Shown one piece after another: positions 11,850-25,310 of a stretch of 64,000 bases of DNA. Position 1 is the stretch's first letter. Every line of letters starts with the position of its first letter. The DNA comes from Octopus vulgaris. Its lineage: Eukaryota. The notes under the pieces were generated by a model that was not told the DNA's origin, searched no databases, and saw only the letters and a program-made list of their open reading frames with translations. The position numbers and the translations under genes are program-made. The stretch is from assembly GCA_951406725.2 (NCBI GenBank), contig OX597818.1, positions 68,820,001 to 68,884,000 on the forward strand. Direction: 5' to 3'.

Positions 11850-12880
11850 GGCAGACTGACGGACAGACAGACTGACAAACAGTCAGACAGACCGATATTC
11901 CCATATATCATAACATTACTTTTCTGTGCTGGACATGGGTTGGGCAAATCCTAGTACTGAGCTCCTTATTCAAATGCCCTGCCCTTTTTGGATGAGTCAG
12001 TGATCACATCTCACTCTTCCTTCCACAGACCACTTTCACCAGGGTCGCTGCCTCTTGTTGATTTCCCTGTCACCAACAATTCTACAGAGGGTCGTGGGAG
12101 AACATCTTGTCTCTGCCATAAAATCAAACAGTCCTCACTATACTTCATTGTTTATTCTTGTTTATGGCCTTCTCTCTGGAATTTTCCCAATCCAGATATT
12201 GTTTTTGCCCTTCTGTTTTTGTTTTTTTTTTTGCTCTTCTGTTTTTGTTTTTTTTGTGTGAAGAGAGCCAGATTGGGAGAGTGAAAGAGTATAAACCTGA
12301 AAGAGAAGGGCAAGAAGGTGATAGAGGAGCCTGGAATGAAAGAGAGAGTGATAGTCAGCTAAATAAGGGTGGCTGTTAAGGAGGTTGAGTAAAAACAGCA
12401 TACTGGAGGAGAGAGAGAGAGAGGGAGTTAAAAGGGAGACAAAGGGTTATTGGAGGAGATTGGGGGTGAGAGGGAAAATGCTGAAACATATGAATGGAAA
12501 GAATGATTAACAGAGATGCGAGATAATGCGAAACTGGTGGAATGCATGAAGATGGTTAATGGTAAGAGAGTGAGAATTATGGATTCATTGAAGAGTGATA
12601 AGGAAAGCAGCACTTGTGGTGGGGGGGGGGAGTAGAGATAGAAGAAGAGATAATCACCACAAGCCATAAAGAAAGGAGATAGTTTGTGGGGTTCCTGAAT
12701 ACTGAGAGCTTCAGTGGAATGGGTTTTTTAAATATAAATATACAGGCAGCACAAAGGGGAAAGAGATAGAGGTTTAATAGAAGGAAATATTGAAGGGAGA
12801 TACACACACACAAACACAAACACACACATGAACACACACATATACACACACACAGCTATATATATTCTATTACATTCTGT

Positions 12881-13489
12881 CACTTGTTTCAGTCATTTGA
12901 CTGCGGTCATGCTGGAGCACCACCTTAAAGAGGTTTGAGTCACGGAGATCGACCCCAGGACTTATTTTTTGTTATCCTAGTTCTTATTCTATCAGTCTCT
13001 TTTGCCAAACCACTATGTTTTAGGGACATAAACACATCAATATCAGTTGTAAAGTGGTGTTGGGGAACAAACACATGCACATAAATACACACATATATAT
13101 GTGTGTGTGTGTGTGTATGTGTGTGGTGTGTATATATGCGTGCGTGTGTGTATGTGTGGTGTGTATATATGTGTGTGTGCATGTGCTTATGTATATATAT
13201 ATATATATATATATAACGGGAAGCTTTATGAAAATAGACAAAAGACGAAGGCAGGTTTACGGAAATAAACAAAAGACGAAGACAGGTGGAATACAAACAA
13301 ACAATTGTATTAGTATATATATATGATGGGCTGCTTTCAATTTCCATCTACCAAATCCACTCACAAAGCTTTGGCTGGTCCAAAGCTATAGTAGAAGACA
13401 CTTGCCCAAGGTTTCTCCACAGAACGAACTGAACCTGGAGCCTGGTGGTTGAGAAGCAAGCTTCTTACCACGCAGCCATGCCTGTGTCC
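12881..13489 (-). mobile_element. Family A SINE, inverted, with a second repeat fragment (13213-13316) in its internal (TA)n
   Basis: Both SINE ends are recognisable; the insert is the reverse complement of 30831-30903. Confidence 0.7.
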
Positions 13490-13723
13490 GTTGTCTACCT
13501 TTTTGTTATATTAACCTTTCAGCATTCAGATATTGATTTCATATTTTGGTGCGATTGCAGCAGAAGGAGGGAGAAATCATTTACATCAACTCCAGTACAC
13601 AACTGGTATCTTATTTTATCGACCCCTCAAGGATGAAAGCAAAGCTGACTTTGGCAGAATTTGAGCTCAGAACCTGAAGACAGATGAAATGCCACTAAGC
13701 GTTTAACTTCTGTTTCTCAACTC

Positions 13724-14098
13724 ATGGCTGTGTGGTAAGAAGTTTGCTTCTCACCCATATGGTTCTAGGTTCAGTCCCACTGTGTGGCATCTAGGGTAAG
13801 TGTCTTCAACGATAGCCCTGGGCTGAGCAAAGTAGATTTGAGTGGATTTGGTAGACTGAAGATGAAAGAAGCCTGTCGTATGTGTGTGTGTCTTTATGCA
13901 TATGCTTGTGCCCACCACTGCCTGACAACCGGTGTTGGTGTGTTTATGTCCCCATAACTTAGTGGTTCAGCAAAAGAGACAGATATAATAAATGTCAAGC
14001 TTTACCAAAATAATAATAAGTCTTGGGGTCGATCCTTTTGACTAAAATTTTTCAAGGCGGTGCCCCAGCATGGCCGCAGTCCAATGACTGAAACAAGT
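13724..14098 (+). mobile_element. Family A SINE
   Basis: Similarity to 57003-57406 from head to GACTGAAACAAGTA tail. Confidence 0.8.
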
Positions 14099-14291
14099 AT
14101 AGGATTATGTGGAAGAGGCAAAGGAGTTAAATCCAAGAAAAATTTGACAGACTGGGGATTATCATGTGGATAATAAATCTGGAATTATCACTTATGAAAT
14201 GTGTGAGTGGATCTGAAATTAATATGCATGAAATATGTAACAGCATTTAGTCAACATCCATGGAAAGAGTATAGTGGAATAGAAATCAACA

Positions 14292-15665
14292 TCATCATCA
14301 TCATCATCGTTTAACGTCCGTTTTCCGTGCTAGCACGGGCTGGACGGTTTCGACCGGGGCCTGGGAAGCCAGGAAGCTGCACCAGGCTCCAGTCTGATCT
14401 GGCAGTGCTTCTACAGCTGGATGCCCTTCCTAATGCCAAACACTCTGTGAGTGTAGTGGGTGCTTTTTACGTGCCAGGGGAGGCTGGCAGTGGCCATGAT
14501 CAGTTGGTGCTTTTTACGTGCCACCGGCACAGAAGCCAGTCGAGGCAGCGCTGGCATCGGCCACGTTCGGATGGTGCTTTTTACGTGCCACCGGCACAGA
14601 AGCCAGTCGAGGCAGCGCTGGCATCGGCCACGTTTGGATGGTGCTATTTACGTGCCACCGGCACAGAAGCCAGTCGAGGCAGCGCTGGCATCGGCCATGT
14701 TCGGATGGTGCTTTTTACGTGCCACCGGCACAGAAGCCAGTCGAGGCAGCGCTGGCATCGGCCACGTTCGGATGGTACTTTTTACGTGCCACCAGCACAG
14801 GCGCTGGCATCGGCCACGTTCGGATGGTGCTTTTTACGTGCCACCGGCACAGAAGCCAGTCGAGGCAGCGCTGGCATCGGCCACGTTCGGATGGTGCTTT
14901 TTATGTGCCGCCGGCACAGAAGCCAGTCGAGGCAGCGCTGGCATCGGCCACGTTCGGATGGTGCTTTTTACGTGCCACCGGCACAGAAGCCAGTCGAGGC
15001 AGCGCTGGCATCGCCACGTTCGGATGGTGCACGTGCACCGCACAGAAGCCAGTCGGATGGCATGTTCGGATGGTACTTTTACGTGCCACCAGCACAGAAG
15101 CCAGTCGGCATCGCCACGTCGGATGGTACTTTAGCACCAGCACAGAAGCGCTGGCAGCCACGTTCGGATGGTGCTGGCACCGCCGAACCAGTCGAGGCAG
15201 CGCTGGCATCGGCCACGTTCGGATGGTGCTTTTACGTGCCACCGGCACAGAAGCCAGTCGAGGCAGCGCTGGCATCGGCCACGTTCGGATGGTGCTTTTT
15301 ATGTGCCACCGGCACAGAAGCCAGTCGAGGCAGCGCTGGCATCGGCCACGTTCGGATGGTGCTTTTTACGTGCCACCGGCACAGAAGCCAGTCGAGGCAG
15401 CGCTGGCATCGGCCACGTTCGGATGGTGCTTTTACGTGCCATCGGCATAGAAGCCAGTCAAGGTGGTGCTGGCATCGACCACGTTCGGATGGTGCTTTTT
15501 ACGTGCCACCGGCACAGAAGCCAGTCGAGGCAGCGCTGGCATCGGCCACGTTCGGATGGTGCTTTTTACGTGCCACCGGCATAGAAGCCAGTCAAGGTGG
15601 TGCTGGCATCGACCACGTTCGGATGGTGCTTTTTACATGCCACCGGCACAGGTATCGCAACTACA
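14292..15665 (-). mobile_element. RTE LINE 3' UTR (inverted) with expanded internal minisatellite
   Basis: (CAT)n-CGTTTAACGTCCG start is the reverse complement of the RTE tail; distal end CAGGTATCGCAACTACAA matches 24966-24985. Confidence 0.85.
14511..15650. repeat. 67-bp GC-rich tandem repeat, ~18 units
   Basis: Unit TTTTTACGTGCCACCGGCACAGAAGCCAGTCGAGGCAGCGCTGGCATCGGCCACGTTCGGATGGTGC at 14511, 14578, 14645, 14712 and onward; internally deleted units at 14779 and 15030-15230. Confidence 0.95.
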
Positions 15666-15962
15666 AATATATGCATTGGATTAAAGCACAGCATCTCTGT
15701 TATCTATTCAGGGGTTTTGAAATCAACATTTCTAAAATATGCGCAATGTAGTTGAACTCATTATCCATGAAATGTGTGCTGTGCATTTCAAGATGAACGT
15801 CTTTGAGCAGCCATTCTCACACTTCATCCAATTTATCTATCTCATTTACACAGAATTTAATTAAAGACAAATGATTGACTAACTTAGATCGATGCAATCA
15901 ATCACACACACACACACATACATGCATGTACAGATGCATACAAGTACAAACACACACAAGTA

Positions 15963-15993
<31 letters not shown>

Positions 15994-16271
15994 CCATCTG
16001 CACTAATTTCTAATTTTTTGACTCAAACACTAAAAGAAGGCAGAAAGAGATGATGTGATAACCTCTAAATGGCTACTCAGTCTCTGCAAAATAGCAGCCA
16101 ATACCTCCCTCAAATAACCCCTTCACCTCCACCTTTAAACCAAATATTATTTCTTCCATTTAGCAATGTTTTATTCCTCCACCACCCGCTCCCTCTTATT
16201 CCCACTCTCTCTCTTTCTTACCAAGCAATAAACTACTGCTGCTGCTGCTGCTGCTACTGCTACAACTTAAA

Positions 16272-16566
16272 TAGTAGTAGTAGTAGTAGTAGTAGTAGCA
16301 GCAGCAGCAGCAGCAACAGCAGTAGCAGTAGCAGCAGCAGCAGCAGTAGTAGTAGCAGCAGCAGCAGTAGTAGTAGTAGTAGTAGCAGCAGCAGCAGTAG
16401 TTGTAGTAGTATTAGTAGTAGTAGCAGCAGCAGTAGTTGTAGTAGTAGTACCAGCAGTAGTAGTAGTAGTAGTAGTAGTAGCAGCAGCAGCAGTAGTTGT
16501 AGTAGTAGTAGTAGTAGCAGCAGCAACAGCAGCAGTAGTAGTAGTAGCAGCAGTACTAGTAGTAGT
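16272..16566. repeat. (AGT/AGC)n compound microsatellite
   Basis: Direct inspection. Confidence 0.9.
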
Positions 16567-16616
16567 TTTGCATAGAGAGGGAAACAAAGTGAGAGATAGG
16601 TGAGAGATAGGTAGTT

Positions 16617-16678
<62 letters not shown>

Positions 16679-17238
16679 CAGAGTAAAAAGTAAGAAAGAA
16701 GACAAAAATAAAGATGTTTAAATATTTTTACTTGGAAAATAAATATAAATAAAAATTAAAATAAATAAAAAATGTAAACAAAAATAAGATAAAAATAACA
16801 AATGTAGCAAGCAAAAAAAAAAAAATCTCTAACAACAACAACATCAACAACAACAAGTCCAAAATACAAATAAAAAGCATAATGGAGAACGGATAATGAA
16901 ATAAAATCAGGATGTAATTAGCAATTACAAATAAATTTACTCAATTTCAGAGCTGAGTGCATTTGAATTTACAGCTGTGTCAGATTTTGTAATGATTAAC
17001 TTGAAACTCAACACCTGCAAATATTGAAATGGAATAAAATGAAACTTTCTACAAGCCACAACATCAACAACATCAACATCAACATCATCAACAATAACAA
17101 CAACAACATGTACTGCTGATGAAATAATAAATATTACAGAAATGCAGAGATTTATACATACATGTTTTGTTTTGTTTGTAAGATTCTTGATGGGAATGCA
17201 TGTGTTGAAAGAAATTTTGATGTGCCTTTGAGGCTCAC

Positions 17239-17327
17239 CTTGAAAATGTTCTTTGTGACTCGGAGCAGATTTTGAGGAGAGAAGGCTGTCACCGAGAGGG
17301 TCATGAATAATGATGAAGGGACTTTGA
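17239..17327 (-). other. Candidate internal exon (89 nt)
   Basis: Minus-strand acceptor TTGTTTGTTAG|TCAAAG and donor CAAG|GTGAGC around unique sequence; two of three frames open. Confidence 0.3.
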
Positions 17328-17764
17328 CTAACAAACAACCGATTGATTGTTTAACCAACACATAAAAAAAAAAAAGACAATCAATTAGTTAGTTGATTAG
17401 ATATTTAAGCGATTGAGTAACAATAAAGAAGTGGCATTGAACCAGTGTATGTGTTATTATTGGTGTAATGACCTTCCCAAAACACAAGATACACACAGAC
17501 ATACACACACAAACACACATATGTATGTATATGTAGTTAAATATGATTTAGGTAAAAATCTTGTGGAATGCAATGCAAAACTTGTCCCCAGTTGCTGGCT
17601 ATCTGACATCATCATACAGTGGAAGTACTCCTGCTACTTTTGAAACAATCACCTGAGAAAGGTAAATTGGATGAATGATAATTAGACATAAAGAACAGTC
17701 TCAGGGACATGTATAATATTGAGGTCTCTGAGTGAGGCTGAATACACCTCATATAAACAAAGGA

Positions 17765-18261
17765 TAGTAATCCCTCGCCATATCGCAGTTCACCTATCGT
17801 GCCATCAATACTTTGCAGATTCTTCTAGCTAACATACATAAATTTATATCACAAACTCCTCAGTAAACCATGGGTTTCTGCAGCTGATAGGTATTTATAT
17901 TTTTTTAGGTTTTAATTATTTCTGCAATGAAATAAGCATTTTCATGCGCAAAAATTTATAAATTAATAAATTAATATAGAGTACAGGACCGCACTGTATA
18001 ACACATTAATTAAAATATATTAATAGAAAATACGTTGTGTACCGTAGATGATTATACAAAGAATCGCAGATACTGTATGGGAAACAAAACTCGGGAGGTG
18101 AGTGTGTGGTGGTGTTTTGCATTTATAATAAAATGAATATATACAAATTATAAAAATGATAAAAGATATATACAATACAGTAGTGTTTCTACTTTGTGGA
18201 TTTTCACTTAGCGCAGGGTGTAGCGCAGGGTGTCACACCCACGACAGTCGAGGGATTGCTA
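17765..18261. mobile_element. pogo/Tigger-like MITE
   Basis: Terminal inverted repeats TAGTAATCCCTCG / CGAGGGATTGCTA around an AT-rich non-coding interior. Confidence 0.7.
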
Positions 18262-18294
18262 TAATAACAGCTATGAAAACATAATAATTATATT

Positions 18295-18510
18295 GGGTTC
18301 AGAGTTTGGCACAGGGCCAGCAATTTTAGGGGAGTGGGTAAGTCAACTACATTGACCCCCTCCTGTGTTCAGCTGGTATTTATTTTATTTGACCCTGGAA
18401 GGATGAAAGGCTAAGTCAACCCTGGTGGCAGTTGCACTTAGAATGTCCAGTCAGGTGAAATGCCACAAAACATTTTCTCTGGCACAGGTAACAATTTTGC
18501 CAGTTCACCA
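18295..18510 (-). mobile_element. Family B SINE (decayed)
   Basis: Reverse complement of Meta-type core (CTGGTATTTATTTTATTTGACCCTGGAAGGATGAAAGGC). Confidence 0.65.
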
Positions 18511-19124
18511 AATTACAAAACAAAAATATTAATAATGATATTAATTGTTTTTAATTTGGGTCAAAACCAGCAGTCTTGAAGGGCCTCTCGCTGAATGGTC
18601 CCTCTGTTACCAACCTTGAAATGGAAAAGGAAAAGGCAAAGTTGCCCTTCAGGGGATTTCATCTGAGAATGCAAAGAACAAGAACATTCTCACAACATGT
18701 TTTGCTCAACGCTGTAACATTTCTGCCAATCGCCAAGGACCCCAAATGGTGCAGAAAGTACAAAGTCAGTTGACTTTAGCTTCTAATTGCTCAGGTTACA
18801 AACTCACAGGTGTTACATCAAGGTATTCATTCTCCTAGAGAGATGTCTAAATAAAGACTTGTGATCTCTCGCTTCCTGTTGCTGGAGGCCCCTTGAATCT
18901 ACTGAGGTTATTTGGCCTTTCACACGACTTGCTTCTCATTCTGCAGGCTTTCCTTTTGGAAACAATTCCTCCTTAAAAAGCATACTAGAGCTTGTATGCA
19001 TGCATGCATGTATGTGTATATTTATGGTTTTATGTATGTGTGTATGTATGTATGAATGTGTATGTATGTATGTATTTACGTATGTTTGTGTGTATGTGTA
19101 TGTTGCATTTCTACACAGTTTATT

Positions 19125-19165
<41 letters not shown>

Positions 19166-19974
19166 CTATTTTCTTTTCCTCTGTTTTTTAATTGACTCTG
19201 TGTGTGTATGTGTATAGCAGATCCCTCTCAGTATTAGGCTGTAGTAGAACCCCTGAATAGGAGGATAGAACCTAGAACTCTGTGCTTACAAAGTGAATTG
19301 TTTAACCACTCTGCTCGTTTGAGTGACTCTGTCGCTTGGATGTCACTCGTTATGAGACGAGTTGTTAATTAAATAAGATTTTAGTTGAATATCCTATGAG
19401 ATGCTTACTTACATAAAGCAAATGATGAATAAATAGCCTGGAGATATCCAAGGTTACTCTCGTTGACACCAAACTGGCTGCGTACCATCAAGATACTAAA
19501 GTATTTATGGGAAAGTAATTAGAAAATCATTAACTTAAAATTGATGTCAAATCTGAAAACTATATATTAAGAAATAAAAGTTAATTCATTTTCAATAATT
19601 TTGGTGGAGAGAGATTGGAAATTACTTAGAGATGAAAAGAAAATGGTACAAAAGAACATCCCAAGCATATTTACAGTATTCTTCAATATTTCTTGGAATA
19701 AAAAGAAACCAAAAAATGACGGGAGAAATTCTATTGAAAATGAAAGAAAGAGAAAGAAAATTGACATGTCTAATTCAAAGGAAATTAGTCTTTTACGAGA
19801 AAGGAAGTTGTTTATATTGTATCTTTAAGGATGCGTGTATTTGTATGACATCAGCAGAGTCAAGAGATTCACTTCTTAACTTGTACACACACACATATAT
19901 ATGTAGACAGAAATATAGATATATTAATATATATATGTGTGTGTGTGTACTTGCATATATATATATGTATATAC

Positions 19975-20045
<71 letters not shown>

Positions 20046-20109
20046 TATATATACATATACACATATATACACATATATACACATATACATACATATATGT
20101 ATATGTATG

Positions 20110-20140
<31 letters not shown>

Positions 20141-20655
20141 ATGTATCTATGAATATGTATGTATGCATGTATGTATGTATATACCAAGTTTTTTGTTCTA
20201 TTAATTTAGTATTTATTATATTTTTGGGTTTTGTATTTTTCTTCGTTTTTTTTTTTTTCCTCTTAATACTTAATTATAACGTAGTACAGATATGTTGGAA
20301 TGATCTCCAAAGAAAGCTATGACAGTTTCTGAAGAGTTCCATGGCAAAAAATGGATAACATAAGCTTCACAAGTCTTCTGAAATTTGAAGGCAAGATTAA
20401 TGAAAACGAATGAAGAATAACAGGAGAAAAAAAAATTAATAGTAATAATATTTTTAGAAGTCTGAGAAAATAAAGACTTTACAAGTTTGGTTTATAGATT
20501 AAGATTTTGAATGATAACCCAAGAATAGATGCCAAGAAATGAAAACGATGCTGGAAAGACAACTTGACGAAAAAAAGACAAAAAACTTGCAAAGATATGA
20601 AAAGTCTTTATGAAAAGGAATATAGTGAGATAAATATATATACACAGGCACAGGG

Positions 20656-20694
<39 letters not shown>

Positions 20695-20904
20695 TGTGTG
20701 TGTGTGTATGTATGTATATATATATACACACACATATATATATATTTATATATACATACATACATATATATATATATATATTCATATATGTTTACATTAT
20801 AATATACATTTATATACATAGACACACACATATCTATATATCTCTATGTATCTATCTATTTCTATCTCTTTCTTTTTATATGTGTGTGTATGTAGGCATG
20901 TATG

Positions 20905-20942
<38 letters not shown>

Positions 20943-22935
20943 GATGACGTTTAAAGCTATAGGAGAGAAAGTAGTGAGTATATTGTCAGATTCCCAGAAT
21001 AATCTCCAAATGGATTACTTTGAGATTTATGGAAGTTCTCTCTTTAATTATTATATTCTGCTGCTGGATCAAAGACCTGACTCAATACAATTCCAGGTTT
21101 AATTTACCTTCGATTGCCTTGATATGCAGGTGAACAATGTACAATAGAGCATCAGTAATATTGAAACTATTCAAAGAAGAAATGATGGCAGAAATTTAGT
21201 TCCTGTGTAACCACCCTCCTCTTTCTCCAGATCATCCTTGGTTTCATAAGACAGATGCCAAGTAACAACTTGCCTCATATCCATCTTATGTATTTTTTTT
21301 TTTTTTGCTAAGTACATCCAAAAGAAAAGATTATTGGACATCATGGCATCTGACTTGAAGGAAAACCATCATTACCTTTATCATCATCATCATCGTCATC
21401 ATCATCATTACCATCCTCATCGTCGTCATCGTCATCGTCATCGTCATTCTTATGATCATCGTCGTCGTCATCATTGTCATCATCATCATCATCATCATCA
21501 TCATCAACACTGCCATTATCCTCCTCATCACCATCATTGTTTCATGTTTGTTTTCCACCCTGCCATGCATTTTATGAGTTGATGCTATCTGTGTCTGCAT
21601 CTATTTGGAAGGTACCCTCCATCCAGACTGACCAGGGTGCCTCATCTCTCTTACACTGTATTTCTTTTCCATGATTACTACAGCTGGAAGTCTTTCCCAA
21701 AACCAAAAGCAACATACCAACCCTGAATTCTGCAGGGCATACTAGGTGCCTTTAAAATGCCTCTGGAAATAGAGAGTAAGTCATGGCTACTCCATAAATA
21801 ATCAGAAAAGTTTACATCAAAGGTTTCAAAATTACGAAAATACAGAACAAACCATTTTTCTAAGGATGCTGTATTCTAAAACTAGAAAGGCTAAATCGAA
21901 ATGTAATATTTGGGTCTTTTTTTCTCATTCTTCTCTCTTTTTCTCAATACAGCATCAAACATCAGATGGAGCCACTGCATAGTTCTGTGGAAAGATGGTT
22001 ACTTCGCAACATATGGCTTTGAGTTCAGTTCTATGGCTTGGCATCTTTGCAAAATGTCTTGTACTGCAGTCCTGGACCAACCAGTGCTTTGTGAAAGGAT
22101 GCACTAGACAAACTCTGGAATGAGCTTTTTATGTATGTATGTATCTATGTATGCATGTACGTATGTATGGAAGTATGTACATATGTATTTATGTTTGTAT
22201 GTATGTATGCACATACTTATGTATGTATATATACGTACGTAAGCATGTATGTATGTACATACTTATGCATGTATGCATGTATGTATGTACATACTTATGT
22301 ATGTATATATACGTACGTATGCATGTATGTATGTACATTCAATGAGCACCCCTCATTGAATAATTATCACATCAGAGGATAAGCTAGATAACGCACGTAT
22401 GTAGCCTGCATTTCACCCTTTCTGCTCCTTTAATTTGAACTTTTACTTGCCTCTTTAGCAAATCTAGTTGCCAACTGTGAGCTGTGTAGAAAGTTTCACC
22501 TGATTGAATTTCCTTCTAACTTCAATATGAGAAAATATGGGTAACTTTCGATTCCCATAAATCTTTATTCTTTCTTTTAGCTCACATCCAATTTTTCTTC
22601 TCTGTACCTGCCATGGACTGCTTGAAGTTACAAATTTCCTACACAGAAATCCCTGGATCTTACTCTTGTATATCAATATACATACGTACATCTAGATATA
22701 TACATACATACACAGACAGATATCCGACCGTGGCCGTGCCAGCCTAATATATAGAAACATTGCCAGATAAGATAGCCTGGTGCATATCCCGGTCGAACCG
22801 TCCAACCCATAGCATGGAGAACGGACGTTAAACGATGATGATGATGATGATACATAAATTTTTCAAAATGTAAGCTCATGTGAATCATTAGCATCTTTTT
22901 TTTCTTTCAACTTCCTTTTCTATTTTGACTTTCCT

Positions 22936-22970
22936 GTTTCGGAAGAAGAGCTTTGCTCGAAACATAAAAC
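22936..22970 (+). ncRNA. Degenerate minimal hammerhead-like motif
   Basis: GTTT-CGGAAGA-A-GAGC-TTT-GCTC-GAAAC-ATA-AAAC: stems I and II intact, core U4G variant. Confidence 0.45.
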
Positions 22971-24152
22971 CACCTTTCTTTCCTTCCATGAATGTCTGCA
23001 AGTACTTTACGTGTACCACGTCCTAGCATTACTGCTTTTTTTGCATTATTCTTCATTTTGTTGGATTTACTATACATATATGTATATATGTATGTGTGTG
23101 TGTGTATGTATATATATACATATCAAACATAAATTAAAAACACAACACAAATTTATGTTTGATATATTCTCTCACCTCTGCCACTATTTGGCATATACAG
23201 GTGCTTACAGTTACCAAGTATTCACTTTAAATTTACAGTACCTACTTGATATATATATCCCTCTCTCTCTTTCGGAGAGGCACTGAGCAGCTATACGCAC
23301 ACATACACACACGGCAGTAACTTCCACCTACCGAATTCAATCACCAAAGTGCCTACCCAAAGTGCCACGCAGTGGGACTGAACCCGAAACCATGTAGCTT
23401 GGAAGCAAGCTCCCTAACCACACAGCCATGCCCGGATCTATATATATATATATATATATATATACATACATACATATACATATACACATATATATATATA
23501 CATATGTAAAATGAATATAAATAAGCAAACAACACATCGATGATTTTCATTGGCATAAAAAAATATCTTGCTATTACCGTTTTCTTCAGTTTTTCCTAAA
23601 ATTAGCCTTTTCTGGGTTTTACTAAAATCCGTACTTATCTCCCTTCTTCCATTTAACTACATAGCGAACCACTCAGTTTTATGTGCACCTTACATGGCAA
23701 AAACCTGTAGAAATAATTTTGATTCACTCTAAAACAATAAGTGTGTGGCATTGGAATGGTCTTGAGTTTTACAAAAAGTATTAGTGGCACCCAAAAACCA
23801 TTCCAGTATAAATTCAAAAGTGGGTTGTGAATTTGTCTATAAATTTTACCTTACAGAAATTTCACCACATAGACATTTAATGACATACGTGGATGATGTG
23901 TGTATAAGAAAAGCTTCCGAAAGTTGGTTCATTAGAGTAGTGTGTTCAATGAACTTGAGAACATTTCGTAGGGTATAGATTACATGAAGACTTTAATTGT
24001 AGCATGCTGATAAAGGTGACTACAAACTACCCTATTGTGTTACAGTGATGGTAGGGATTCTTTTAATGCTTTTCCTATTTTGATTTTGTAGAATTAAAAA
24101 TGATGTTTCCAAATACATGGAGCATAAGGAATTTGGTGGGAAGTATGTTTAT

Positions 24153-24375
24153 CCCTTTAGCATTTAAACTGGCCATATTTCCTGGCCAAAATAATTTACC
24201 TGATTTACCTTCAAATTAGCCAGATCTGTCATATCACACATAGCCCACAATATTATTCCAATCATAAATAATCATGTCATTAAAATCTCAAAGCTTTGCA
24301 GCAATGCACGATTAATCCACATCAATATAAATAGATAAGCATAATATTTGTCAGGGAAAGCTGAATGCTAAAGGG
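24153..24375. mobile_element. piggyBac-like MITE
   Basis: TIR CCCTTTAGCATT / AATGCTAAAGGG, flanked by decayed TTAA (TTAT, TTGA). Confidence 0.7.
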
Positions 24376-24546
24376 TTGACGTTTTCCTCTTTGCATTATT
24401 AATATTCATGAAACGATTCTTATTGACACAGTTTGTTTAGTGCATCTTAACTCTGACATGTCTATAATATTTGTTCAAAGCTACATACTTACCAAGTGCA
24501 GATTTAATTATATAAGTACAAGTTTGTTTCTTCTTTTTATACAAAT

Positions 24547-25310
24547 GAGCATTGGATGTGGGGTGCAAGAGAGACATCTGCGCTGGTATGGTCATGTACT
24601 ACGGATGGATGAGGAGAGATGTGTGAAGAAGTGCCACTCCCAAACAGTTGAAGGAATCCACGGTAGAGGTAGACCCAGGAAGACAAAAGATGAGGTGGTC
24701 AAGCATGACCTTCGAACGTTGGGTCTCACAGGCAATTACGAAAGACCGAGATCTCTGGAGATACGCTGTGACTGCGAAGACCCAACAAATAACGTGAGTT
24801 CATGGCTGCTTCCTGCACCAGCTTCACATAGAAGCCCCAGCCCATCCAAAGTGCCTTGGATTGCAGGTTGGCCTGCTGTGCTTACCCTGGATTGTAGGGC
24901 GACCTGCTGTGCTTGAGGAGACCTATTGAGTCAAGTACATCAACATCAAAAAATCAAATGGAAATTATAGTTGTGATACCTGTGCCGGTGGCATGTAAAA
25001 AGCACCATCCGTACACGGCCGATGCCAGCACCACCTTGACTGGCTTCTGTGCTGGTGGCACGTAAAATGCACCAACCAATCATGGCCATTGCCAGCCACC
25101 CCTGGTACCTGTGTCGGTGGCACGTATAAAGCACCCACTACACTCACGTAGTGGTTGGCATTACGAAGGGTATCCAGCTGTAGAAACACTGCCAGATCAG
25201 ACTGGAGCCTGGTGCAGCCTCCTGGCTTCCCAGATCTCGGTCAAACTATCTAACCCATGCTAGCATGGAAAACGGACGTTAAACGATGATGATGATGATA
25301 TCATCATCAT

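Noticed and set aside
12240-12800. Purine/pyrimidine-skewed blocks (also 9330-9620 and 61230-61870) as decayed Penelope RT
   Set aside because: The resemblance is impressionistic; no diagnostic motif can be read without a profile search.
14327-15751. 474-aa ORF and overlapping ORFs as a repeat protein, or the array as CRISPR
   Set aside because: The unit is 67 bp (not a multiple of 3), lacks stops in all frames and derives from an RTE 3' UTR. There are no unique spacers or cas genes.
19313-19362. Short hairpin CTCGTTT-GAGTGAC...GTCACTC-..-AGACGAG as a pre-miRNA
   Set aside because: The stem is too short and has a large asymmetric bulge.
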